In this document: in pieces, positions 20,767 to 32,574 of the stretch | Layout of the letters: every line of letters starts with the position of its first letter | Numbering within the stretch: the stretch's first letter is position 1 | DNA from: an uncultured delta proteobacterium | GTDB lineage: Bacteria; Desulfobacterota; Desulfobacteria; Desulfobacterales; JAFDCJ01 | DNA: 64,000 nt | Assembly (NCBI GenBank): GCA_963769935.1 | Contig: CAVYNY010000008.1 | Location: 144,154-208,153, forward strand | Direction: 5' to 3' | Made by a program: the position numbers and the translations under genes | The notes under the pieces: model-generated | The model's input: only the letters and a program-made list of their open reading frames with translations | Told to the model about the DNA's origin: nothing | Databases searched by the model: none

Positions 20767-21885
20767 CTATCGATAAAATTCCTCTATAATATCGCATACA
20801 TAGCGCACGTCATCATCAGTCAAAGACATATTCATCGGGAGCATTAGCATTCTTTTAAAAAGGTTTTCAGTGAATGGAAGTTTTTGTGTAAATCCAAGTT
20901 TTCTAAACTGGTGAACAGCCTTTCCTCCCCACTGAATTAAAGTTCCGACGCCATTATCAGCCAAAAACGATTTTAATTTATCGCGTTGTTCAGCTTCAAT
21001 CTCATAATTTTGGAATACGTCGAAGTGATCTGTTTCACTTCCGGGAGCATGCGGCAATTTGATCTCATCTAATTTACCCAACCGTATTTGATATAGCTCA
21101 GCGATTGACCGTCTTCGTGATATCACTTTATCATGTTCCTTGAATTGGTAATCAAGAATTGCGGCTTGAAGATTATCAAGTCGGCTGTTCATTCCCCACA
21201 ATACAACATCGCCCGATTCGTCTCTACCGTGGTCTCGTAGTAAAAGAAGATTACGGTATACAACTTCATCATTGGTTAAGATGGCACCTCCGTCTCCAAG
21301 GCAACCTAAAATCTTTGCAGGATAAAAACTGATACATGATGCAACTCCAAATGTTCCTGCAAATTTTCCCTTGAACCGAGATCCAAGGGCCTGCGCGGCA
21401 TCCTCATATATAACAAGGCCGTGTTTGTCAGCAATATCCATTATAAGATTCATATTCGCAGTTCTACCGTTGAGTTGTGTCGGCATTATAGCTCGTGTCT
21501 TACCTGTCAGGGCGCTTTCAATTCCATCAGGATCAATTAAATGGTCAGGTCCTGCTTCGACCGGAACCGGTATACCTCCGGCAAAATGTATTGCCGACGC
21601 AGTCGCCACCATGGTGTGGGTACAAATGATGACCTCATCACCAGTTTGAAGCCCTCCGGCCATCAATCCTAATTGGATTGCGTCGGTTGCATTGGCCACT
21701 CCCACAGCAAATTTTGCTCCAGTATAAGCCGCCAGATTTGTTTCGAATTCTTTCAGATGCTTCTGCATTATAAACGCACCCTGTCGGCCGACGGATTTTA
21801 TCACTGACAAAAGGCCATCCTCTTTTGAGGTAAATACATACTGATAATCAAAAAAGGGAACACTTCTATGTTTCTCTGTACTCAT
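20767..21885 (-). CDS. DegT/DnrJ/EryC1/StrS sugar aminotransferase
   Basis: EDAAQA, SFYPAKILG..GDGG, NSRLD.LQAA. Confidence 0.92.
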   Translation of the reverse strand: MSTEKHRSVPFFDYQYVFTSKEDGLLSVIKSVGRQGAFIMQKHLKEFETNLAAYTGAKFAVGVANATDAIQLGLMAGGLQTGDEVIICTHTMVATASAIHFAGGIPVPVEAGPDHLIDPDGIESALTGKTRAIMPTQLNGRTANMNLIMDIADKHGLVIYEDAAQALGSRFKGKFAGTFGVASCISFYPAKILGCLGDGGAILTNDEVVYRNLLLLRDHGRDESGDVVLWGMNSRLDNLQAAILDYQFKEHDKVISRRRSIAELYQIRLGKLDEIKLPHAPGSETDHFDVFQNYEIEAEQRDKLKSFLADNGVGTLIQWGGKAVHQFRKLGFTQKLPFTENLFKRMLMLPMNMSLTDDDVRYVCDIIEEFYR

Positions 21886-21930
21886 GACACTTAATTTCCT
21901 CCGCAATAGGTCACTGATAATTCTCTAAAT

Positions 21931-22569
21931 TCATAGTTTGGCTACATCAAATCTATACACACATGTTCTCTGACCTTTGTGGACTTCTAATTCACCGATT
22001 TTTTTTGCACCCAATTTCTCATAAAATCGTTGGGCTCTATCCTGGCTCGAGCCAGTTGTAATTCTAAACTGGCAAATATCCCTTTCCGCTATCGCATCGG
22101 AAAAGGAATAAAACAGGCTCTGTGCCAGACCGGACCCCCGCCTCTCTTCCTGAATTGCTATGTCCAGAAGCTCAGCATTTAGCAACTCTATATTTTTGCT
22201 TTTTGTCGGGTATATCAAAGTTTCAAATAGCTTAATTATTCTTTCAACAGAAAATAATTTAGTTGCCAAAAGCAAAAAGGCCTTAAAAGATCTTTTCAAT
22301 ATGAAGTCTTTGTAAAATTTTGCTGTATCTTCTGTCCCCAGAACAAATCCAATTACTTTACCATCAATTGAACTTTTTGCAACATGGAGTATTCCATACT
22401 TACTTACGGAGGCAAAGGTAAAAAACATAGAAAGCGGTTTGGGGCCAAGTGAACTTAAAAAACCCTGGCTTATCTCCTGTCTGTGGATGGACACGACGGC
22501 GGAAATATCCCTTGCACTAACGTCAGATTTCTTTATAAAAAATTTCGCATTGTGAACTTGCAAAGCCAT
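21931..22569 (-). CDS. GNAT-family acetyltransferase
   Basis: ELLDIAI...RRGSGLA, AQRFYEKLG. Confidence 0.85.
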   Translation of the reverse strand: MALQVHNAKFFIKKSDVSARDISAVVSIHRQEISQGFLSSLGPKPLSMFFTFASVSKYGILHVAKSSIDGKVIGFVLGTEDTAKFYKDFILKRSFKAFLLLATKLFSVERIIKLFETLIYPTKSKNIELLNAELLDIAIQEERRGSGLAQSLFYSFSDAIAERDICQFRITTGSSQDRAQRFYEKLGAKKIGELEVHKGQRTCVYRFDVAKL

Positions 22570-22594
22570 CTCAAGATATTTGGTGGCGATAACA

Positions 22595-23710
22595 TCATCG
22601 CAGTTTGTTGTTTAGAAATCGAATAGCACGATCTATTTCGCGTTTTCCAACTGCAGAATGGGTTGGCAAGGTTACAACCTGACTGCATCGCTTCTCTGCA
22701 TTTCTACAAGAGCCTGCTTTGTAGTGAACCAATTTCAAATCGTCGCCGGCAAGCGGATGAACCGGTGTCGAGTACCAGTCAGCCAGTTCAACCTTGAACC
22801 CTCGAGCCCGATTAAGCAGGTCCTCTTTATCAATTGCCAACAAAGGATATCGTGCAAAAACGACATCACAGTCAGGTAAAATATCTGGATGTGTTGCCAT
22901 TTCAGAATTAATCTCGGACTGATAGGTTTCGCTGATCCAACGACTATGCTTAGCAAGCTGTTCCAGTTTTTCGAGTTTACGTTTCAATCTGTTCTGCAAG
23001 GACTTTGGCATCCTGAGTCGAAAATCTTCTGCCATTTGGTTTTCTACAACAGAGTTGTAATTTTTTTCGGCAATCCCAATTGATCCGAGTGCTCGAAATA
23101 GATTGCGAATCAACCAGAATAAACGAGGCCGGTACAATACCTTAAATCCGATATATTGTAGTTGGATTCTTAGTACCTTAAAAAAAGATGGATAAAGGCA
23201 ACTATTGTACAGAGATTGGACCTTAGATTTCAGTTCATATGCATTGATAACGGCACTTCCCCCAATCCCAGCAACAATCGGCTTACCCCATTCAAAGGAG
23301 TAGAAGCTACCCACCCCAAAGCTGCCAACTCGATTCCCGCGGTATCTGGATTTCAAAGTGTGGCAGCAATCTTCGATAATGGGAATACCGTCCCGTTCTG
23401 TTATCTGGGAAATTTTACTAAGATTTGAGGGGATCCCGTAAGTATGTTGAACAATAACCGCTTTAGCTAGTGGTGTTATCTTGAGTTCAAGGTCTCCGGG
23501 GTCCATATTAAAGCCGGCTGAGTCAATGTCGACATAAATCGGACGTGCTCCTGTTGCCATAATCGCTTCTGGCACAGCTACGCAAGTGAATGCTTGTGTT
23601 ACTACATGATCGCCTGGACCTACATCTAAAGACTTTAAAAGGGCATATAACGCAACCCTACCCCGGTAGAAGGTCAGATCAGAAATAGAAGATAGCCATT
23701 TTATTTCCAT
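22595..23710 (-). CDS. second DegT-family PLP-dependent protein
   Basis: QHTYG, IEDCCH, YSFEWGK, TLPTH. Confidence 0.82.
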   Translation of the reverse strand: MEIKWLSSISDLTFYRGRVALYALLKSLDVGPGDHVVTQAFTCVAVPEAIMATGARPIYVDIDSAGFNMDPGDLELKITPLAKAVIVQHTYGIPSNLSKISQITERDGIPIIEDCCHTLKSRYRGNRVGSFGVGSFYSFEWGKPIVAGIGGSAVINAYELKSKVQSLYNSCLYPSFFKVLRIQLQYIGFKVLYRPRLFWLIRNLFRALGSIGIAEKNYNSVVENQMAEDFRLRMPKSLQNRLKRKLEKLEQLAKHSRWISETYQSEINSEMATHPDILPDCDVVFARYPLLAIDKEDLLNRARGFKVELADWYSTPVHPLAGDDLKLVHYKAGSCRNAEKRCSQVVTLPTHSAVGKREIDRAIRFLNNKLR

Positions 23711-23716
23711 AAACTA

Positions 23717-24715
23717 TTAAATCTCTGAACGACATAATATGGCATGCCCAAAAGACTCCCCGAATCCATACCCATAATGGGTTGCTGCAAAAACCACCGC
23801 TAAAGCAGGTGCTAATGATGCAGATCGATATTTTAACGAGAGTTTTAGTGAAAGCAAACACACCACGATCCAATAAAATATTAACGGCAAGCTGAGAATT
23901 AATCCCCAGATCGTACTAGTGCCGAAAGCGACAATCGCACTTAATTGGGACAATATGAATACCGCCGGAATAAAATTTCTCCACGACACCATATTCACTT
24001 GAGTAAATTTATGATTGTAGAACAATCGATATGGCCCATAAGCATTCCACTTTAAGTAAGCTATAAAATCTGTTCTCGGGAAATAGGTGCATTTAGCATT
24101 CGGATCAAGAACAACTTTCCCGCCAGCTGCGATAATGCGAGCATTAAAGTCCCGGTCTTCCGTTCTAATAATATTTTCATTAAAATAGCCGATTTTGCTA
24201 AAAAGAGTTCTATTATAGCAGCCGCACCAGACCGTATCGACAACGCGCACATCTTTACTACCTGTTCGATAAAAAGCATTACCAGCGGTGAATGGGAAGG
24301 AAATTGCTAAGGACAAAGCTCTGGTGAGGGGTGTGTCGCAAATTATGGCAGTTGTCCGAATTCCTCCGATGTTGTCCGCCCCGTACCTATCAAGCCCATT
24401 GACCAATAAAGAAATATAGTCTGGTTCATAAACAGCATGAGCATCAACCCTTAAGATGATATCCGATTTCGAATGTTTGATTGCAATATTCAAGGCAGCT
24501 GGTGTTATACGTTTCGGATTGTCCAATACCTTTATAAAATCATATTTACTATCATACTTCTTAAGAAGGTTAGGAGTTTGATCAGTACTCATTCCGTCAA
24601 CTACAATAATTTCCAATAGTTCATGATCATAGTCGTTAGCAATAAGTGAGTCCAGACAGCGGCATATATATTTTTCCTCATTCAGGCAAGGGATTATTAC
24701 TGAAACTTTTTTCAT
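23717..24715 (-). CDS. glycosyltransferase family 2 (ExoA-like)
   Basis: IIPCLNEE, VDGMSTD, RVDAH, ED..FN.RI. Confidence 0.9.
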   Translation of the reverse strand: MKKVSVIIPCLNEEKYICRCLDSLIANDYDHELLEIIVVDGMSTDQTPNLLKKYDSKYDFIKVLDNPKRITPAALNIAIKHSKSDIILRVDAHAVYEPDYISLLVNGLDRYGADNIGGIRTTAIICDTPLTRALSLAISFPFTAGNAFYRTGSKDVRVVDTVWCGCYNRTLFSKIGYFNENIIRTEDRDFNARIIAAGGKVVLDPNAKCTYFPRTDFIAYLKWNAYGPYRLFYNHKFTQVNMVSWRNFIPAVFILSQLSAIVAFGTSTIWGLILSLPLIFYWIVVCLLSLKLSLKYRSASLAPALAVVFAATHYGYGFGESFGHAILCRSEI

Positions 24716-25656
24716 ACCATGGAGGTTTCTTTTTCCTTGGTCCGGAGTGCTACTTTTAGTTCGGTAATGCATAAATCTGTATCCTCGTAATCAAAAAATT
24801 TCTGATCAACCTCAAACCCGCTTCTCTTTGCATCCAATGCAACTAAATCCTGCTGAACCATTTTGCGACATAACTCAAAACCTGATCTTTCAAACAATTT
24901 GTAATAATCACTTGCTCGTAATCGATTGCAAAATGCGAATTCATTGCCCGCGATACTATCCCATTGCTTTTCTGAGTACCGCAAAAAATTGATTCTTAAT
25001 AACCTGCTATCCTGGTGCTGGAAATGGTCACTTAAATCTATAAAGTGAATTGCGATTCCATTTCTTTTGATAATCCGTTTAGTTTCACACAAAATACGCA
25101 TTATTTCTCTTCTTGGAATATGCTCAAAGACAGTAGCCGAAATATGGTAACCGACAATAGAATCCTCCAAACTAGTACTTCCTGCATCTGCCGGTGCCAG
25201 GTATTTGATTTTAGCTTCGTCCAGAAAGTCTTTTGGGTGGTCCTTTAGCCGTTCCAGCATTAGCATTCGCTCAGCAATTTCCGATTTCCGTACAATATCA
25301 TTGTAAAGATTGGATATTTGATCCTTATTTTCAGACATCCAATAAAGAGATTGTTTTAATATTTCGAAATCAAGCCTTCTGTTAAGATCGACGGTTATAA
25401 CCTTCTCCGCACCGCTTAAAAAGAACCCGATGGGAGCAATTGGGCAGTGCCCTGTGCCAACTTCAAAAATCGTTTCTCCTTCAACGTTTCCTCCCATGTC
25501 AATGATCCAGCGTAACATATCAGTCTGTGTGGATAGCCGCATCATAGGATTAGCCTTTAGGCGCCCGAAACTCTTTTGTATATGTCGATAGATCCGGTCC
25601 CCAAATGGCATCAAAGAGCATGCTTTCATAATTTTGGATTTTATTTTCCAGTTCAT
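24712..25656 (-). CDS. class I SAM-dependent methyltransferase
   Basis: EVGTG, VFEHI, HFIDLSDH, NRLR motifs. Confidence 0.8.
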   Translation of the reverse strand: MNWKIKSKIMKACSLMPFGDRIYRHIQKSFGRLKANPMMRLSTQTDMLRWIIDMGGNVEGETIFEVGTGHCPIAPIGFFLSGAEKVITVDLNRRLDFEILKQSLYWMSENKDQISNLYNDIVRKSEIAERMLMLERLKDHPKDFLDEAKIKYLAPADAGSTSLEDSIVGYHISATVFEHIPRREIMRILCETKRIIKRNGIAIHFIDLSDHFQHQDSRLLRINFLRYSEKQWDSIAGNEFAFCNRLRASDYYKLFERSGFELCRKMVQQDLVALDAKRSGFEVDQKFFDYEDTDLCITELKVALRTKEKETSMV

Positions 25657-26774
25657 AACGAGTTCATCTGCAATATTTTATTGTAAAACCGAATAAGTTT
25701 TATTTCTTCATATTCCCAATTATAATTGCACTCAACTGCCCGGCGACCATTTTTACCCATTCGTTCGGCCTCAACCGGATGCTCTATGAACCAGGAGATT
25801 GCCCGTGCAATTTCATCTGGATTAAGTGGGTCAACACATATTCCACATTGAGCCCCTTCGATAATCTCTCGCCATAGTGGAAAATTGGATGCTATAACTG
25901 GAATCCCTGATGACATGTATTCGAACATTTTATTGGGTTGTGAATCTACATGATTCGGTTCGGGGTGAAAAAGTACCAGTCCTGCCATTGATTCCGCCAT
26001 TACAGTTCTGACAGAGTCCCGATTTATGAAACCAAGTGATTTTACTTGCCCCCATCCCTTTATCTGCATTAGTTTTTTTTCAATACCGCTCTCCATGTCC
26101 CCGGCCATCACCAAACCGTATGTGGTTTTCCCAATCGCTTCAACCATTTCTGCAGCGCTTCGAAAACCAGCAATACCCCCAATGTAACAAACTATATTGT
26201 CTTTTTTTCCCCACTCAGAATCTGGAACGTGCAACTCAGAGAGAATAGGGTAATTATTAATGTTTTCTGAGCTTACGCCGAGATTTAAAAATCGTTTTTT
26301 TATATAAGGTGTGGCGCTTATCACTCCATCAAAGTACTTTACAAATTTCTTCTCAATAATTTCAACCATGATCGATACCGGCTTTCGAATAATTGAGGGC
26401 AAATAACTTTTTGATAATAGGTCTCGCGGTACATCCTCATGAACATCGTAAATAACCCGCTTTCCCATTAATTTAAGTAATATGCCAACCAAAATAAGCT
26501 CTGGATCATGAAAGTGGTAAATATCAGCGCCATTCCCATAGAGCTTTTTTAAAGGCAGACAATGCTGTAATTGTCATTCTTTCAATTCTATTCTTAGGTT
26601 TTGCAACCCGGAGTATTGCGATTCCATCCACCGTCTCATCTTTATCATGCTGAGCGACAAGAGCTACTTGAAAACCCGCCTTTGAAGAGCGACTTCGCTT
26701 CCTTTCGAAAGATACGGGTATCAAACGGTATGTGCACTGTTGTAATAAAGCAGGCTTTTTTGTGCCTTTTTCAT
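25653..26774 (-). CDS. glycosyltransferase family 4 (frameshifts in 5' part)
   Basis: HFHDPEL, YDVHED, PNKMFEYM, PVIASNFP. Confidence 0.85.
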
Positions 26775-27989
26775 TTTGCATTTTCCACACAGTCTCATAT
26801 AGCTTGAAAGCATTTTTCTTTCCATAACCTCCCAAGAATATTTTTCACGTATTGCTCGCTGTCCGTTTTTCCTCATTCCGATCATTTTCGTTCCTTGTTT
26901 TTCAAAAGTGTATCAATGGCTTCCACTATCGATTCACACTTTGATCGCTAAATGAGAATTCCACATTCCTCTTCTAAAATTATTTTTCTCATTTCCGGGA
27001 AATCGACACTTAAAACCGGTAAACCGGCGTTCATGTAGTTAAAATAATTTATTCGGTGGCCCAGCTAAATCTATTATTTATAGTATCTCTAAAGAGTATT
27101 AAACCCTACATGGCATTCTTTTATCGTCTCATTGATTTTTTCATAAGGAAGCCATCCTGTTATTGTAATTGAATTATCGAGTTTTTTAGCCTCAATTTCT
27201 TTGTTAAGCCATCTGCGCTCCTCTCCGAACACATCCCCAACGATGCGAAGTCTGACTTTATCCCGCAAGCAATTTATAGCCGCTACCATTTCTTTTAACC
27301 CCTGATTAAAAGGCAATGATCCTTCATGACATAACAATAAGTTTATCTTCCTTTGTAGGCCAATTTATATTCTCAGTCTGTGGAAATAGTTTCAATCGAG
27401 GTCCGTTATACAGAACATCGACTTTCATTTTAAATGATAAGGTAAGTGCATAGCCCCTAACGATAGAGTTTGCAGTGAAGATTTGGTCAACCCATTTCAT
27501 TGATATTTTATTCAATAGAATATGCAGCAAAAGAATGAGCCATTTTAAAAATCTGGGGCTAATGTCGGCGGGACCTCCAGGAGGATATTCATGCATGTCA
27601 TGAACAATAAACGCTTTAAGACCATCTTTTGCCAGTAAATGTTTCGTGCGTACAGCTATTGCAAGAGAGAGATCAGGTTCGTGAACGTGGTATACGTCTG
27701 CTTTCAAGTCATAGGCAATCTTGCTGACTTCCAAAAAAGTTTTAAACTTACCATACAACCCGCTCCTCTTAGGAAGTCCTATAACATTGAAACCCATATG
27801 TGTACATTTGCCATCGGGTGAATTCCCAGCAACAATGACGCTTCCGTCACTACGTACATATTCGAAACGTTCATTGCAAGATAGAAGGATTAAAACTTCA
27901 TGACCTGCGTTTAAAAGACTTAAAGCCTCTTTATGCACAACACGTGCATCATCCAAGCTGTGTCTGGTCGCAATCATACAAATTTTCAA
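26771..27989 (-). CDS. glycosyltransferase family 4 (several frameshifts; 3' end approximate)
   Basis: H..DDARV..KE, HVHEPD, HDMHE; downstream fragments carry FNYMNAGLPV. Confidence 0.78.
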
Positions 27990-28047
27990 TTCTGAGTCCT
28001 AAGGTTGTGGTTCACATATGTCTATCTATAATCTATAGGAATGCCGT

Positions 28048-29350
28048 TCACAAATTACAATTCTCAACTTGCTGCATTTTCTTCTCCCTTTTTATATTAA
28101 AAACGGTGTCTATAGCAAAATAATATACAACGGCGGAGGTAATGCAGAATAGTACAAATATGACTTCAAAAACTGCCTGTATACTGGTACTGGCGTACCC
28201 TATCATATTGGGTATGATCAAAACATAGAAGGTCAAAAAAAGAGAATTCTTTGGCAATCGCCTGAACATGAATTGAAACAATAGCAGTTGAAAGAACATT
28301 AATGTTACGATAAGCAAGAAGCCTGCTATACCAAAGTTCGCATAACCTTGCGAAAATGATGGTGAAGAGTAATTTTCAAGTCTCTGCCGCAGCCAATATC
28401 CAAGAAACTGCGACAGATTAACGGGTTCAAACGGTAAAAGGTGTCCGGGATTGGCAAATGCTGTGCCGTAAAAAAAATCATGTTGATCGGGAAATATTTG
28501 TATCACATGAGCATGTGCCTTGGTTGCCGAGATACATATTCTGCTGTACATATAGGAGGGGAAAAGCTTGAGCACATCTAAAAAGCTTCTATCCAACAGA
28601 TAAAGTCTAAGCATCCCGATTATCGTGCCTGTACCAATAATGATATATCCAATTACCTTTCTAAATTTAAATGAATCACTTTGAAGAAAAAGTTTTATCA
28701 AAATTATATACAATACTAATATAGGCAAAAGGAGCTTTGTGTAACGTTAAAGATGAAAAAAATAGAACCGGCAACAAATTTAAATAGAAAACAAGCCTAT
28801 TTCTGTTGCAGCAATTTAAGCTTTTCATAATATAGGTATAAACGAAAATGAAGGCTGGAATTGTTGAAAAGGCAAACCAATACCAATGCCCTCCTTCTTG
28901 CAAATTCGTCGATTTTTGTGCTCGAATAGCGTAAATATCGTTATAGTTGAATAGGTTGATATGAAAAACAGCGGGTAATCCATGCCGCTGTGTGTATATA
29001 TATAGCATATAAAAAGAGTATAACCAAAGTAGAGCAATTAGAGGAGAAAGATCATCTGCATGTGTTAATTGAATAGTAGACCAATCAATATGCAGTTTCT
29101 TTTTAAAACTGAACAGAACTGCATAAAAAAAATAAAATAGGACTAAAATTAGCAGCAACGACCAGTAATACGTGTAACTAAAAAGTTTTATATCTTTAAT
29201 GACTTCAATAGATCCTATGATATTGAAAAAGTAAATACCAAGAAGAGCTACGAAGGGTGGTAAGCAATATAAATAATGCTGACGCATTAGGACAAGAATA
29301 ATTAGTGGTAACGGCATTACAAGCAATGTTGAATAAAGAAGTATGGTCAT
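28048..29350 (-). CDS. Wzy-like polysaccharide polymerase (frameshift near 28700)
   Basis: Two overlapping very hydrophobic AT-rich ORFs; GYANFGIAG motif; position among GT genes. Confidence 0.65.
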
Positions 29351-29467
29351 TCAAGCCCCTTAACTCAATGATGCATTTTTCTTTTTTGTCGGTAAATCAA
29401 ATTGTTTATGGCGACAAGAAAGCAATTAACCAAACCTATGATGTCCATTTTGGTTCGATCCGCAACT

Positions 29468-30718
29468 TTATAGTCCTCTGTGTTCCGGTTTGATAAAATT
29501 CAATATCGTTGCAAGCGAATTAAACATCCATGCCTGTCCCCAACGAATGTAGGGAATGTCAATTGTTATATCGAACCCTAACAGCTTTCTTTTTTTCGAG
29601 GCGAAATAGCCATTTTCCGAACTATTAATCACCCAGAGATCTGAAATGGCGGATAAAATTTTCTTTATGCGATGAAAGAACAATTCTTTCGCTAAAACAT
29701 CTGCTTCAAACATTCTAGCTGTGCACAACAAGCTTTCAGCGCAACTATGTACCTCTACAACATCAAACTGCTTCCTAATAAAACATGGGACTCCATCTTC
29801 GGAAAAAAAATCTCTTAGCCACGTATTGAAGTAATTATCAGCAGCTTTTCGATACTTCAAAGTGCCTGTAAGGATGGCAATACTGTTAAGCGCACGGATT
29901 TCAAACCCACTGTGGTAGGTGTCCTGATGAAGATCTCTCGACTGTTCATTGGACCAATAGTTTAGCGTACCGTCTTCACGAATCTCCGATAGTGAAAAAT
30001 CACCAGCCGACATGCCAGTTTCAACCCAAGCATCACGCTTTATTTCTTTTCCGATACGTATTAAAAATTCTGCCGCAAACAGGTTGGCGTTATGCACTTG
30101 AAATTTATCAAGCGGTGTATATGAAAAGCAGAAGGTTCCATCACTTTTATGGCCGCTCCTATTAAGCCCCTCCAGAATAAATTTACAGATATTTTCGCAT
30201 TGAGAAAGAGCCTCCTCATCACCATGATACTTATATTTAAGCCAATAAGCGTCTCCAATGATTGTAGAGTTAACCACTGTCGGTGTATTTCTCGGAATCA
30301 GGACCCTTGTTCTCCAATTAAACGGATATCCCCAGCCACACCCACCATATCGAACAACTTTGTGATCATTTAGCCAACGAAAGCATGGATTGTAACCCGA
30401 TTCTTTTTTAATCGTGCGATTCTTTGCATCCACTCTCTCCAATATTAGGAAACCGGCTGCAAAAAGCCCCATTGCTTTTGCGTTGACGCATTTCTTTACC
30501 TTGAGCACCCTTCGTAATGCAATTGGAAATAAATCATTAGAACGCGATACCAAGTAGTTGGCAACACGCTGAGCAAAATTATCCCGTTCCGCAATCCATA
30601 AACCAATTTGATTATCCCAAATATCATACGGATCCCAGCCGGCCCATCCGTTTATCTCAAGCCAGCAAACCAAATGACTAATATAGCTATAAATAATTTC
30701 TTTTGTTGAATAAGTCAA
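29468..30718 (-). CDS. polysaccharide-locus protein with probable alpha/alpha-toroid fold
   Basis: GWDPYD, WGYPFNW, FSYTP, VHNANL, D.YHSGF, PYIRWGQAW motifs; function uncertain. Confidence 0.6.
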   Translation of the reverse strand: MTYSTKEIIYSYISHLVCWLEINGWAGWDPYDIWDNQIGLWIAERDNFAQRVANYLVSRSNDLFPIALRRVLKVKKCVNAKAMGLFAAGFLILERVDAKNRTIKKESGYNPCFRWLNDHKVVRYGGCGWGYPFNWRTRVLIPRNTPTVVNSTIIGDAYWLKYKYHGDEEALSQCENICKFILEGLNRSGHKSDGTFCFSYTPLDKFQVHNANLFAAEFLIRIGKEIKRDAWVETGMSAGDFSLSEIREDGTLNYWSNEQSRDLHQDTYHSGFEIRALNSIAILTGTLKYRKAADNYFNTWLRDFFSEDGVPCFIRKQFDVVEVHSCAESLLCTARMFEADVLAKELFFHRIKKILSAISDLWVINSSENGYFASKKRKLLGFDITIDIPYIRWGQAWMFNSLATILNFIKPEHRGL

Positions 30719-30763
30719 TATTCGCTAAACTCGTGCAATCAGTTCAAAATATATTTCACATCT

Positions 30764-31720
30764 TTAACATGCAAAAATCTTTCTGAGCACCTGTAGTGCA
30801 GAATATTCTTTATAGCGCAACCCGATCCAATCATTGCCGATATGTTGATCCTGCAGTTGTGAATGAATCTTGGCGAACTCTCGGAGGGTTACATATCTCA
30901 CCTGTTCAAACTCTTTTGTCATATCAAGAAAAGTCTCTAATCGTTTCAATACCTCAACATTCGGAACAACGTCAGGCAGTTTGTCGATATGGATAAGGGA
31001 ATAGCTATGCATGAACAGATTCATCACTTTGATACCAGACCGGATAGCATAATTTACAAACCACAACAGATCTTCTGTGGAGCAATCATGCAAGTCTGTT
31101 TTTACAAAATGCTTTCTTAGCTTAAATCGAAAATTTCCAATTTTGAGCCGGTCTACGCGATAAAATCCTGTTACAGGGATCTCCAATATCCCGTCCTTTT
31201 CTACAACCTGATTATATGACCACCATACTTTGCAATTCTTGTGCTCGGCGTACATGCTGGAATCGATGCATATACCTGTCTTCTGTAAAGCTGTCAAGGT
31301 ATCCTCATTTATGCCATAGGCGCCAGCTCTGTGGCTTACAGGAGATCGACCGGTCCACCTTTTTATGTCATCAATCAGTTCACAAAGCACTTTCTGCTGT
31401 TCGCTCTGGGTAAGCTGCCACATATGAATTTTTCCATTTGAAACCATCCACTCTGGATGTGAATGAACCGCAACTTCATGACCTGCAGCATCTAAATATT
31501 GAGCTAATTTCTTATAAGCAGTAAAACTAAAGCGTTGTTTTTCGCTTGACGCAAGGAAAAAAACCGCTTTTATATTATATTTCAGAAATATGCTTGAAAG
31601 CCGTGATGGTCCCCACCTTTGGCCGCCGAATTCAGGTTCAATCAGATTTTCTTTAACAACTCCGTTTCGCAACAATGTCTGTGGATTCTCTGTATCAATC
31701 GTTGGTATTATGTATAGCAC
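30764..31720 (-). CDS. polysaccharide deacetylase (CE4/WalW-like)
   Basis: TIDTE, GHEVAVHSHP, HRAGAY, DSS, EIPVT, MHSYS. Confidence 0.82.
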   Translation of the reverse strand: MLYIIPTIDTENPQTLLRNGVVKENLIEPEFGGQRWGPSRLSSIFLKYNIKAVFFLASSEKQRFSFTAYKKLAQYLDAAGHEVAVHSHPEWMVSNGKIHMWQLTQSEQQKVLCELIDDIKRWTGRSPVSHRAGAYGINEDTLTALQKTGICIDSSMYAEHKNCKVWWSYNQVVEKDGILEIPVTGFYRVDRLKIGNFRFKLRKHFVKTDLHDCSTEDLLWFVNYAIRSGIKVMNLFMHSYSLIHIDKLPDVVPNVEVLKRLETFLDMTKEFEQVRYVTLREFAKIHSQLQDQHIGNDWIGLRYKEYSALQVLRKIFAC

Positions 31721-31728
31721 AGGTAAAC

Positions 31729-32574
31729 CTAATTTTTTCTGCAGAGAACCACAATCCCGGTTTTAGTCTTCTCCGGGAAGAAGGTCTTGCCGATAAGATT
31801 TGCCAGAATGACGGGAAATTTAAGTTTCAGCAGATATTTAGAGATTGTACTAATGAACATGAGGGGAAATCTCAAAGCAAGGCAAAATCCACGATGAAAG
31901 AAAAGATCATAAATTAAGCCTTTAGGTCTGCTGCTATTGCCTAAATCTCCCTGTAACACCTTTTGATTATGCTGATTCCAACGGATTACCCTCATTAACT
32001 GTTTTTCAAACAAGTAATAAAAATGTGCTCGATGATATATTATATCAATAGGTTCAAAGGATTTGTCTATGTAGCCGAGTAATTCATCTTCGCTAAAATA
32101 TCTGCCATCACCTCCAATTACACCGGAAATACAAAGAGTGCCACCACTAACCAAAACTCGGCTAATCTCGTTGATCGCATTTTTTCTGCCTGCTCTGTCA
32201 AGATAATAAATTACTTCTAAGGCGAAAACACAATCAAAATGTTCGGATTTATAAGGGAGCGAAGGAAGTGCGCTCTGTAGAAAAAAAGCTTCCCGAACTT
32301 GTGAATTTGCGTGTTTGACTGCAAAAAAAGAAATATCTGTCCCATGTAGGAACTTTACTTCAAAGTTCGTTAGAATCTGCTGCATGAATATTCCAATACC
32401 ACAGCCTATATCCAAAACCCTCAAGAATTCTCTCAAGTGATTCATTACAAGATCACTTATCTGTTGCAGACGGACTGCCTGCGATCCTCTCAAACCTATG
32501 CTCCAACCGTCAACACCGGTTTCATGAACTTGTCCAAATTGGGAATCAAACCATTCCTTCGTTCCCCATCTCAT
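31729..32574 (-). CDS. class I SAM-dependent methyltransferase
   Basis: VLDIGCGIG, LPY...FD, EVIYY, RVL..GG. Confidence 0.85.
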   Translation of the reverse strand: MRWGTKEWFDSQFGQVHETGVDGWSIGLRGSQAVRLQQISDLVMNHLREFLRVLDIGCGIGIFMQQILTNFEVKFLHGTDISFFAVKHANSQVREAFFLQSALPSLPYKSEHFDCVFALEVIYYLDRAGRKNAINEISRVLVSGGTLCISGVIGGDGRYFSEDELLGYIDKSFEPIDIIYHRAHFYYLFEKQLMRVIRWNQHNQKVLQGDLGNSSRPKGLIYDLFFHRGFCLALRFPLMFISTISKYLLKLKFPVILANLIGKTFFPEKTKTGIVVLCRKN